Below are positions 53,641 to 64,000 of a stretch of DNA of 64,000 bases, piece after piece. The translations under genes were made by a program, and so were the position numbers. Position 1 is the stretch's first letter, and each line of letters starts with the position of its first letter. Below the pieces are notes generated by a model. It was not told where the DNA came from. It made no database searches and worked only from the letters and a program-made list of their open reading frames with translations. Location of the stretch: positions 13,144,001-13,208,000 of the forward strand of contig NC_087436.1 in NCBI RefSeq assembly GCF_036321535.1, given 5' to 3'. This DNA comes from Camelus dromedarius. Lineage: Eukaryota.

Positions 53641-54179
53641 ATATGTGGGCAGAAATCTTTCCTAGAAATCAACAATTTTTTCCCCCTGTCCTTTCCAACA
53701 TATTACCCATAGTAGAGGAGGCAATGGTAACAGAGGTGAGGGAATCGACCTTTGTGCCAATCATTTCTTCCCTTTTGGAAAATTATTTCTTGTTTGGCAG
53801 GTGAAACAATGTCTTCCAGCCCAGATTTGGGCATACAGAGAAGTAGGTCAATGACTTGTTCTAATTCTTCTGCTTCTAGAATTTTCTACATCTACCTCTT
53901 TGATCATGTCCCTCTGCTTCTTCTCCCCTCTTCCTGTGCCTGGAATCTTTAAGAAACTCTCCACATAAAATGTTACTGGCCAGTTATATATCTGCCTCTG
54001 GGCTGACATCCTCCAGCCTCATCCTCAACCTCAAAAATCTCTTCACCATCCCCTCCTATCCTTCCTTCACCTGCGATTGTGATCTCATCTCTCTCCCCCA
54101 TTTCCTGCTTCATCCATTGTACTCCCCTTCTTCTGTGTATCTTCAGTGTACTTGCTGCCTATCAATTCTTCTCTTTTTT

Positions 54180-55015
54180 TTTTAATTAAAAAAAACTTTA
54201 AACACCTTTATTGTGGTATAATTTCTGTATGGTAAACTACACATATTTCAGGTGTGTATACCTATGAAACCACCACCACAACCAAGATAGCTAACTTCTC
54301 CATCACTCCCCAAGAGGTGCAAATTTCAAACTCCCAATTTATTCCTTCCCACCCCCTCTACTGCTGGTAACCATGTCTCTGTGTCTGTGAGTCTGTTTCT
54401 GTTTTGTAGATAAGTTCATTTGTGTCCCCCCCCTTTTTTTTTTAAGATTCCACATATAAGTGATACCATATGGTATTTTTATTTTTCTTTCTGGCTTACT
54501 TCACTCAGAATAATGATCTCCAGGTGCATTCATGTTGCTGCAAATGGCATTATTTTATTCTTTTTTAATGGCTGAGTAGTATTCCATTGTGTGTGTGTGT
54601 ATACACACCATGTCTTCTTTATCCATTAATCTATCGATGGACATTTAGGTTGTTTCCATGCCTTGGCTATTGTAAATAGTGCTACTGTGAACATTGGGGT
54701 GCATATGTCTTTTTTAATTATGTTTTTCTCCAGATATATGCCCAGGAGTGGGATTGCTGGATCATATGGTAAGTTTATTTTTAGTCTTTTGAGGAATCTC
54801 TATACTGTTTTCCATAATGACTGCACCAAACTACATTCCTACCAGCAGTGTAGGAGGCTTCCCTTTTCTCCACAGGCTCTCTAGCATGTATCATTTGTGG
54901 ACTTTTTAATGATGGTCATTCTGACTGGTGTGAGGTGATATCTCATTGTAGTTTTGATTTGTATTTCACTAACAGTTAGTGATGCTGAGCATCTTTTCAT
55001 GTGCTTGTTGACCAT
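54180..55015 (-). mobile_element. L1 3' ends: an older fragment at ~54180-54312 and a Cetartiodactyla-type L1 at ~54320-55015
   Basis: ORF 54881-55099 (-) includes [33 protein letters not shown]. It is a near reverse complement of 48306-48860. Confidence 0.9.
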
Positions 55016-55129
55016 CTTCCTTTTTATTTTAACTACAGGCCAAGTCTTTATTCTTCCCACAAATTTCTCTTTTATCTCTGTTACCCCCTTAAGTACCAAA
55101 TTTTGTTCCCTATCTCTCTGAAAGAATAG

Positions 55130-55560
55130 TCTGGTCTTAGAAGTACCACCTGTACTCCAGTCATTTGCTATGTAAACTCATACTGTCTGCATCCTGCCCC
55201 AAAATTCCATGGAAACTCTCATGGCCCCCTAATGGACAAATCCAGTAACTTATTTCAATCCTCATCTTCTTTGACTCACCTGAGTCATTTTCCTCTGTAG
55301 ACCAGTCTCTTTTCCTCAGACTATCTTGTCTTTGATACTGTGGAACTTTACTGACCCATTTCCCTCTCCTATCAGCTCCTTCTGTGTCTTCATTGCATCC
55401 AGCTCTGTGAAAGGGGGAGCTCCTTCAGGCACTGTGCTGAGAATGTCTCTTATTGCATCCCACACTCTTTCTGCTTATCTTCTCATTTATTCCATGGTGG
55501 TGGCCCTACACATATGAACTCCAAACATACATTGCAGGGAGACCCAAAGCCTCAATGAGA
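55130..55560 (+). mobile_element. L2 ORF2 (RT region) relic
   Basis: tccatggaaactctc...caaatccagt...tcctcatcttctttgactcacctgagtcatttt, resembling the L2 ETAL...LLDLSAAFD region. Confidence 0.6.
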
Positions 55561-56639
55561 GCCCTTGGGTTGTATCTGTTGACTCCTAAATCATTTATTT
55601 ATTTATTCACTCAACAAGATGATGTTTGCATGGTGTTTTGTGTGGGTTTATATGTTTGGCATTAAGCTGGAGTGTTTTCAATTTTAAGGTACCCAAGGGC
55701 AGAGGCCATGCACATCTAACTAACGTTCTGCTCTTTAGTAATTATGATGTTGGTGATTTGAAATCTTTATCTTTCTTACTTCTTTAAGTCTCACAAGAAC
55801 ATCACCAATGGCCATTTCCCCTGATAATCCCGTTTTCACTGACGGCTTGGTCTCTGGATGTAATGGAGCATGTGGGAAACCAGTCACAAAGACAGAGTGC
55901 TTCTCAAGCAGTGTGTGAATCAGCAGCCGCAAGCTTGCATTTTGGAAATAGTTTTGGCAGTTGGGGGAATTATCCTGAGCTCGCTGAGACTGTTATCGCT
56001 GAGTGGAAAGAAGGAGTCATCTGAGGGTGAGACGGGGCAGAATGAAATCAGTGCAGAAGAGGTAGCAATTAGGCTAACTCGACAGCAACATGGGAAAGGT
56101 TAGAAACAAATATTCCACTGGAACTGAATGTGAGTTAGAGCCAGAAAATTCCTGGGAAACCACATAAACCAAACCTTTCATTTCACAGATAGGGGCCCCA
56201 GAGAGGTTGTTATGTAGTCCGAGTTACACGGGTAAGTCAACAGCAGGACCCCACCAGGATTCCACAGCTCCAGTTCCTGGTCCCTGCTGCCTCTGGATGC
56301 TTTCCGGACACAGTCTGCTCAGTGCTGGCCTGAAAGTCTTCTCTGGCGGAACTTCCAGACTCTTAGGATCCTTTAAAAGCTTAATTAACCGACAATTGAG
56401 CAACACTGTCACAGAAAATCAAAAAAGGCAACAAGTTTTCAGGAGCTAGGTTGTTCACATTTGTACATGGATATTTTCTTCAGCCAGAGTCTTAGCATCA
56501 TCCTAGATGAGACGATTCATGTGATGATTCAGGCATCTTCCCCACCTCGTGGTTTCTGACTTTTCACCCCATTCCTACACATCGCTCTGTTCGCAGGCCC
56601 CCAGTACAGACACTGCTACTGCCAGGAACTGCCGTCTCA

Positions 56640-57225
56640 GTAAGATTTCACTCTGCAATGTCTTTTTCTAGTTCTTCCACTTCTTGTACAATTAATACCT
56701 TTTGTGAATTTTCCAGTCCCACTCTGCCTCCCTCCCGTCCCAAACTTCTTTTGGCTCCAAAGTTCTTGCCCGTCTTGGACCCCATAGTCAATAATCTCAA
56801 CCACATCCTTGCCAGCATCTTTGAGTGCCTCACCGCCATGGTCTCTGAGTGTTGGGGCCAATAATTCATAACCCTCACTTAACCCCAACATATCCGTTTG
56901 CTCTGTTCCTGACCTGCTGAGTTCAGTTGAAGAATATAACAAAGTTGTAACAATTAACCACTGGCGCATGTGTATCAGTTGCACCCTCACTTGGATCTTA
57001 ATTACACCTCATCAGTCCTTTCATCCTCAGCCCCTTTCTGTCCCCCACACGGCACAGGCCTCAGATTAGCTCTTTCGCTTCCCTTGCATCATGTGCAGAG
57101 ATGACCTCATCTTCTAGGACACCAAAAAAGGGCCCAGTGATATAAATACCCTCAAATTCCACCTCTCCACCTCCAGAAAAATATATCTTCACACAGCCTA
57201 GCCCTCTTTAATTTTCTCTCAAAAA
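56640..57225 (+). mobile_element. L2 ORF2 relic
   Basis: ORF 56658 reads LDPIVNNLNHILASIFECL, which is L2 ORF2-like; also gcagagatgacctcatcttct. Confidence 0.5.
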
Positions 57226-57328
57226 AAAAAAAAAAATGAAGCTATTTAGATACAAACACTTGGGCTTTCTCCATTCCAATAATAAGGGAAACCCCCTTAT
57301 TGCTTGGAGATATTAAAAACCATCATTT

Positions 57329-57881
57329 TGTTCGGTAGTTAGAGAAGTAAGTAGGGGCATTGGGCAGATCGGTGGAGGAGAGAGAGGATGGTCCAGAACA
57401 AGGTGGTATGTCTGCCTTCAGCATAAAGGGGCTTTACTTCCTCTAAATGAGAGCCAGTAAGAAACTGGTTAGAACCTGACAGCCACAACTGTGCTGTAGC
57501 AACAAGGACCTAACCGGACATGACCCAGTGCTCATTGTAATATAATTAGCACTCGGTTTAGCCCCCCACTCCATGGGTTTTTCTATGTGCGTCATGGGTA
57601 AGGACATGTGCAAGAGGGGCCGAGCATGACTAAGTGCTCCGGGGGCAAGAGCTGTCAATCAATCAAGAGACCACCTCAAGCGAGGGTGTAAGAGAAGGGG
57701 GCAAACAAAGACCACTGCTATCCACCTTTGGATCTGCCCATCTCTTGTTCTTGGCGGTGTGCTTTTCCTTTCCTAAATAAATCTTTTAAAATCTTTGACT
57801 ACACAATGCTTTGTCTCTCAACTGAATTCTTATCTTTTGGGTATGACAAGAATTGGGCCACCTTCCCCTTTTGGGGTAACA
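57329..57881 (+). mobile_element. ERV1-like solo LTR
   Basis: TGTT...GGTAACA ends, AATAAA at ~57776, TSD attt / gttt. A partial second copy lies at 20741. Confidence 0.8.
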
Positions 57882-57964
57882 GTTTAACTGGGAAAAGCTA
57901 AGCCTTCTCTTTCCCTCTTTTCACTTGCTAATTGAATGTCTCATCCTATTTTTCTCTAAGTTTT

Positions 57965-57966
<2 letters not shown>

Positions 57967-58005
<39 letters not shown>
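57967..58005. repeat. Perfect (AC)19 microsatellite
   Basis: Seen directly. Confidence 0.97.
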
Positions 58006-58007
<2 letters not shown>

Positions 58008-59943
58008 CGTTTAGGAAGTCTGTACAAGTCAGTAAAATTAATGTCTTTGGTTAGTAATGGATCATCTTTACAGAGCTCAGGGGAAAATAAATGTTGATAC
58101 GTGTTAGATTTGAGCACTGTGTTTCTGCACGGTCTCCTCGTGGGTGATTTCTGTTAGTTCCACCAGTAATGAAATGCTGATACTCAGCAGTTAACAGCAC
58201 ATAGTTAACCTACTGACATCATATGAAGTGGGAATTTTTCAAAATCCCAATCTTTTCTATTTCCAAAATTTCTAAATCAACAAGTCAGCTTTGGGGTCGC
58301 TTGGTCAGACATTCCTGATACCTATGAGCTCCAGATATGTTTCCCAGGACTTATTTTAAGTAAGCAACAACTGCACACATGACATTTTCCCCATGAACAC
58401 TGTTTCCACTGGAAGAAATTACTTAGCCATCTGCACATCAGAAAAAATGGACACTTTGATGGCCCAGGATCCTGGAAACAAAACAAAACAAAACACAGCC
58501 TATATTTCACATAGAATGGCTGAGAGAAAATATAAAGATATGACACCCCCTAAATAAATCTCAGTATTTTGTCCCTTGCTTATCAAATAAATATCAGTGC
58601 TCATTTGAATGTTTCTTGCCTTATTTCTAGGTTGCCACTAGACAAAAAATAACAACCCATACATTAGGGGAAGGAGACCCTGCATACTTGTTTCTGCTAG
58701 ATCGCGGCAGAAAGCACGCACTCGGACTTCCTAAGGCTTCCCCTAGGCAGTTGGTTCTGACCCTGGAGGCCCTTCATCCACAGAGGCGGGTGGAGTGGAG
58801 AGAATAGGCCATCTGTTACTGTGTTTTATCATGACTTGTTCATAACCTACTTATTACACTTGGCACATGACATGATGTCCACAGCTGTACTTCTTTCCTG
58901 AATTTGTCTGGAGCTAATGGGCGATGGCCTCGGAGCCAGGCTGGGCTGGCCCCATGAACAGTGCCTTTTTGCAAGGCTATTTTGCCCAGTGTCAGAAATA
59001 ACTTTGCATAGCTTATCATATTCCTTGATTGAGTCTAAATAAAGATGCGTGTCATCCGATAGTTTATGAAGTAATGCACACATGCTCCTAATATGGCCCG
59101 CAATGCACGGAGCTCGGGGGAATTTAAACATTCAATCTCTCACCTTCTCTTCCTCTCCCACACCAAAAAAAGAAAGAATAAGGAAGTTTATCTCATGCAG
59201 GCGTTAAGAGGAGACTCTACCAGTTTCAGGTACGATTTAAGGATTTGATGTGTCTACCTTTTAAAAATAGCCAAAGATGAAAACCTTTGGGAAAGTTGAA
59301 CTCAGTTTAGGAGAATTGATGAATATTTAGTTCCTATGACATTTTGGAGATTCCCAGAAAGAAGAGGAATCTCATCTTTGGTCCTTTCTGGCAGGGTTTC
59401 CGCTGATGTCGCTGTGGCCCTGAGCACCTCGGTACATTAGATCTCTGGACAATAAACGCAGCAAATGAAATGTGGCTCCAGTGGTTTGGGACCTGAATCA
59501 AGAAGTTATCTTTATTAATACATTCAGGGAATAAGGTCTCATTTTTATTGCATTGTTTCCTTAATGAAAAAGGCAGTAACAACACTGAACCAAAACACAC
59601 CAAAGAGATGGCCGGCTTTTGGCAGCCAGGTTAATTTTCCTGTGTGCTTGGTACAGTGAGGATTTGGCACCATCCAGCTCACCCACTCCTGGGTTCCAAA
59701 AACAGCCCCCTCCCCCTTTCTCATGCTGCCTCTCTTTGCTGACTCTGACATTTTCTTGGCTTTAGCTGCAATTTTGACACATAAATCCCACTTGTCAAAT
59801 GATATTGTAAAACAAGCATCCAAGTGTCAGCACATGGCCCTGTGGTCTGGGGACCAGAGAATAGAATGAGGAACACCTCTACACCGGCTTTCATCTGCCT
59901 CCAGCCATCTGCAAGTAATTTGAAACCAGTTTCCAATGCAGTT

Positions 59944-59946
<3 letters not shown>

Positions 59947-59985
<39 letters not shown>
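59947..59985. repeat. Poly(T)39 tract
   Basis: Seen directly. Confidence 0.95.
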
Positions 59986-60819
59986 CGGCCCTGCTAACAC
60001 ATGCTCAGTGAAAAGAAAGGGCCAGAGTGATCAGAACCTGTTAACTCTGTAATGAGCAGATAAAACTGTTTATTTTTAAAACCTGCCTCAGACCGATCCA
60101 TTAGCATTCAGTCAGATGGTCTACAATCTCTTTTTCGTGACAATCCCACCAAACAGCTCTAGCCTGTGAGGCCACCGCATTTGCCAAACACTCCCAGGCT
60201 CTGGGCCTCACATCTCTGGACTTGAAAATTGCAGAGACCCTGATGGGACCTAGTGTGATCCTTCTGGATTCTGAATCTGGGACCCTTCCCTATCAGTTAG
60301 GGATAAAAACAGAGACTTCAAGTCAAGATGTGGAAAGTTTCTTATAAAGAAGCAAGTGTCTTCTTTTTCTGGCCAAATCCATAAAATATCTGTGATTATT
60401 CTTTATTCTTAGCAGACACATGTAGATTTCTGTGGAGATTTCGGTTTGGTTTGCAAGAATGGTAAAAAATTCCTGCAAAGCAATGAAGACAAAAGTCAAG
60501 GGAGAGGAGGTGTAGGGAGGGAATGACCACTGGAACACGTCAGTCAATTCCAGGTCCCTGCTTCACAAAGTCAACCTCACTGAATATCAGTTACCTCATT
60601 TGTAAAATGGGGACACTCGTAGGACCTCATAAAATGGCTAAAATGAACCTGGAAATTAATCTAAACTGTTCAGCAAACATTAGTATTTATCGTCTTCTTT
60701 CTCTCACCGCTCCCCCAGCAGTAAGGAATAAGTCTATGAACCAATCAGATATAGTTTTATTGTAAATCTAAGGGAGCTAAGTATTAAGGACTTCACTTGC
60801 ATCTTCTCTCACCCAGAAG

Positions 60820-61453
60820 TGTCAGAGCAGGCAGACAGCTTTGAGCAGAGAAAGGGGGACGCAGGCCAAATGGCAGGAACTGGGCAAAAAGGAGGGGCAG
60901 GGGCCAAATGCAGGAAACCCTACATCATGTAAACAACAGGGGTCCCGGGGTAGAGAAAGAAAAGCAGGAATGTCTGGGTTAATAAGCGGTCACACATTTG
61001 GGGGTGACAAGTGGGCTGGAGGCGGACAAAGGAAGGTAAGAAAAGGCAGGAATCTCCAGTGTCCAAATGGAACTTTCTGCTCATTATGCCCTCATTTAAA
61101 TAAAATTAGCCTTGCTAATTAGAAGTACAAATCTTGAACCGACACCATGACACTTCCGATCTAGACTAAATAGGACAAAAATCCCTCTTCCATTCGGGAA
61201 GGTGAAGTTGGGATAAACATCAGGGAATACGACCCCAAACCCTCCTCTCCCCAGTGAACACTCTGCCCACTCATTTTTGCACTCTCTGTAACCAACTTGC
61301 CAAAGAAACTCAGGGCAGCCGCTCACCTGAGCCTGCCTGCTCTCCCATTTAGAGTACAGCATCCACCCCTTAATAAATCCTCACTTTACTTTCTTAACCT
61401 CTGTGTCTCATCTCTGAATTCCTTCTGCTACAAGAACCTAGTCACTAGCAACA
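60820..61453 (+). mobile_element. Well-preserved ERV1-like solo LTR
   Basis: TGTCAG...GCAACA ends, perfect 4-bp TSD GAAG, AATAAA at 61372-61377. Confidence 0.9.
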
Positions 61454-61459
61454 GAAGGT

Positions 61460-62093
61460 GCCCCAGAAGTACAGCAGAATATCAGCACACTCGTAAAATG
61501 TAGAAAAACTAAAATAAGGCTATAGTGAAAAACTGGCTTTTAAAAGTCACAATTTAAAAAGAATTTTAGGTCAATCCTTGCCCAGTAAAACTTGAAATAA
61601 CCTGAAATCTACCATTCTTATGTAAAATAGCCTTGACGGAGATTTCTCCAAATTTGACAGAATCCTCAATATTTACATAACAATACCGTTAAGCTGTGAA
61701 GCTGAAAGAATCTTAGGAAACAATAATAAAAAAAACGAACTCTGATCACCATGCTGGAAGAAATATTAAGTTACTTTTCTCTCAATAAAAAAACGATCAA
61801 ACAAAAGCACTGTCATAGGAAGGGCTGATTAAAGAGTACGCAGACCAAAAATGTAGGGAAAAAAAGTATTTTAGAGGTGTGTCATGAAGTTAATTAAGAA
61901 AATTTATACAATTTTCTTGGAGTTTGTAATGTGGCCATTATTTTGTTCAAATATCATAATTTGTTGTGGTTGTCATAGTATCATAAATTAATACTCACGC
62001 ATCAAGTCTTTTCATAATTTTTATTCTTTTTCTCAAAGAGGGCTTCCAAAATCATACACGCTTCAGGCCCCAGAACGCTTTGATTTGCCTGTG
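61460..62093 (+). mobile_element. Zaphod-like (hAT-Tip100) transposon 3' fragment
   Basis: Transposase-like ctgtgaagctgaaaga (CEAER) and the terminus gcttcaggccccagaacgctttgatttgcctgtg. Confidence 0.6.
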
Positions 62094-63794
62094 AGGCCAA
62101 GGAACCAGTTACACACACTCCTGTGATCACAGGCAGGCCGGGCAAGCCCTTGGAGAAACTCATACTCGTTTATTTTTAGACACCGTGGTCCCTTCTGTCC
62201 CTTGTCTCTAATCCCAGTTTCCTCTTCCTGCCTGTAGTCTGGCCCTCTTTAGTGTCACTCGGAAACCAACACTGTCCTCAGTACCCTGCTTCCCCTCTTC
62301 TCTCTTATCTTCTCTTCAATATTCACCTGTGCAACTCATCCTCCTGGACCTTGGTGAAGTCAGAACTAAAAAGCCCTTGATAGTTTACTATGTGATGATA
62401 AGTTACCAGACTAAACACTCGACTATATAAATCAGCCGCACAATAAATGTTAGTGAGTTTCCACAAACTCTGCGGGCGTCCATCTAAAAGCAAGGAGACC
62501 AGCACTTGGAGATGTCAGGGCAGGAGGAAGTTTCTGCATCCTCAGCGCTGGAGCTGCTCTGTGGCTGGCTGGCAGTGAGCTGGAGATCTCTCCAGAACTT
62601 AACATACCGTAGCTGGTCCAGAAGCGTCTTTAAAGACAACAGCTGCCTGTTTTGTTTCTCTTGTTCAGATCTTTTCATAGACTATTAGGGAGATGTTTGG
62701 ATACTGCAGTCATCCCAGAGAACAAACCCATGGGCTTTAGTTTACAAAATTTTGTAGACTTTCCACTTTACTCTGGGCACAGGATGAAGACAACCTCGGC
62801 ACACACTTCCTCCTGCCAGACCCTCCCCTTAGCAGCCCTGCCCCAGTTGCACAGTTGCCATCACTCATCATTAGGACCATCACAAGGACCTGCTCCCCCT
62901 TTGGTTATCAGTCACCTTTTCAATGGCATTCTGTCTTCTTCAGGGGTCCCCAAACCTTGCCGACTGGCAAAGTCACATGAGAGCATGTGACCAGGACAGC
63001 AACTCTGCCTCCCTGTGGACACACTGGGTTGGGATACTGGGGACGTGAGGCTGGGAATATTTGACAGGTCCCCAGGTAATGTCTGTGATTTATTTGTTCT
63101 TCATTCTCAGATGTATTTTCCATGCTCATTGCTGGCCAGTCGCCCTTGTGCTGTTTTCCCAGCCTCACTATTCCATCATCCTTCTTCCATAAAGCTTCCG
63201 TCTCCCATCCCACCTGAGATCCCGCCCCTCAGTGTGTAAGGACCGGAATATTCATTCAGCAAGTCCCCACCACTCTTCACAGTGCCCGGAATGGACTGCA
63301 GTCTGGCAGTCATTCTGGGTCCATTTAGACCAATTTGCCCACAACAACCAAATTGATATTTGTAGAATACAAACCTAAAGATACCACTCAGGGCCTGTCC
63401 CCAGCCTTGTCTTTCCCGGTGTCTGAGTCCCCTGTGGCACTATCTTCCCTTTGAGTCACACAGCGTTCCTCGAAGCCTGCACTCCCTCAGTTCTATGAGT
63501 GACCCATGTTGCCCCATGCCCTTTGCACATGCTGTTTCCCTCATGCTTATTCCCCAGTCAGGAGACTCAGCATATTCCTCTATCCAGTAAAGCCTAAGCA
63601 ACAAGAGCATGAGCCAAAAGCCTTCAGAGCATATTTGGAAATTTTAAAAAAGCACTAAAATAGTCATCACAGTAAAAGAGCACAACTTTGTGGGCCTTCC
63701 TCTATTATTTGAAAGTCCAGTTTAGTTATATATTTATTTCTCAACACGTGCTGCAGGGAGGTTCGCTGGGAAGGGGTGCAGCCTGCTTTTGTTC

Positions 63795-64000
63795 TGGGCC
63801 CCATTCCCAGAGTTTTTCGTCCAATAGGTCTGGGATGGACCTGAGAATCTGTGTGTTTAACAATTTCCCAGGTGCTGCTGGCATGGGTCACCCAGTATTT
63901 ACAACTCTGAATACACAACACAGTCACTGGCTGAGCTCTTAAAAATACAGTTGCCTGGATTCACCCCAGACGAATTAGCTAGGAATCTCTGGGGACAGAG
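63795..64000. mobile_element. Two adjacent MER5-like elements
   Basis: ctgggccccattcccagagttt...gagaatctgtgtgtttaacaatttcccaggtgctgctg, then a second copy from ~63930. Confidence 0.7.

Noticed and set aside
1..64000. CRISPR arrays, tRNA/rRNA genes, operon-like or defence systems, processed pseudogenes, CpG-island promoters
   Set aside because: None seen. The window is a mammalian gene end plus intergenic DNA, with no intact transposon ORFs.

Overview
This is mammalian nuclear DNA: AT-rich, CpG-depleted and repeat-rich. The only protein-coding sequence I can support is bases 2-256, the end of the last coding exon of a Dachsous cadherin that I recognise as DCHS2 (ends ...HELKAADEVQI*). A 3'UTR of about 2.2 kb probably follows. 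The remaining ~61 kb is intergenic; by recalled human synteny this is the gene desert toward SFRP2. It holds old L1M, L2, MIR and CR1/L3 relics, hAT DNA transposons (MER20, Charlie4a-like, MER5, Zaphod-like), MaLR and MER21 LTRs, five ERV1-like solo LTRs plus two partial ones, and Cetartiodactyla-type L1 3' ends. I found no ruminant, pig or cetacean SINEs, which suggests a camelid. Several repeat-free, motif-dense islands are candidate enhancers. I see no new coding system, and the other ORF-track entries are best explained as chance or transposon-derived. The most interesting observations are a cluster of miR-183/96/182 seed sites in the DCHS2 3'UTR, a nested-hairpin element at 28.4 kb, twin same-family solo LTRs that are not a provirus, a readable CR1 reverse-transcriptase relic and deeply nested transposon insertions. 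Repeat subfamily names come from recall of consensus sequences, and old-repeat boundaries are approximate.
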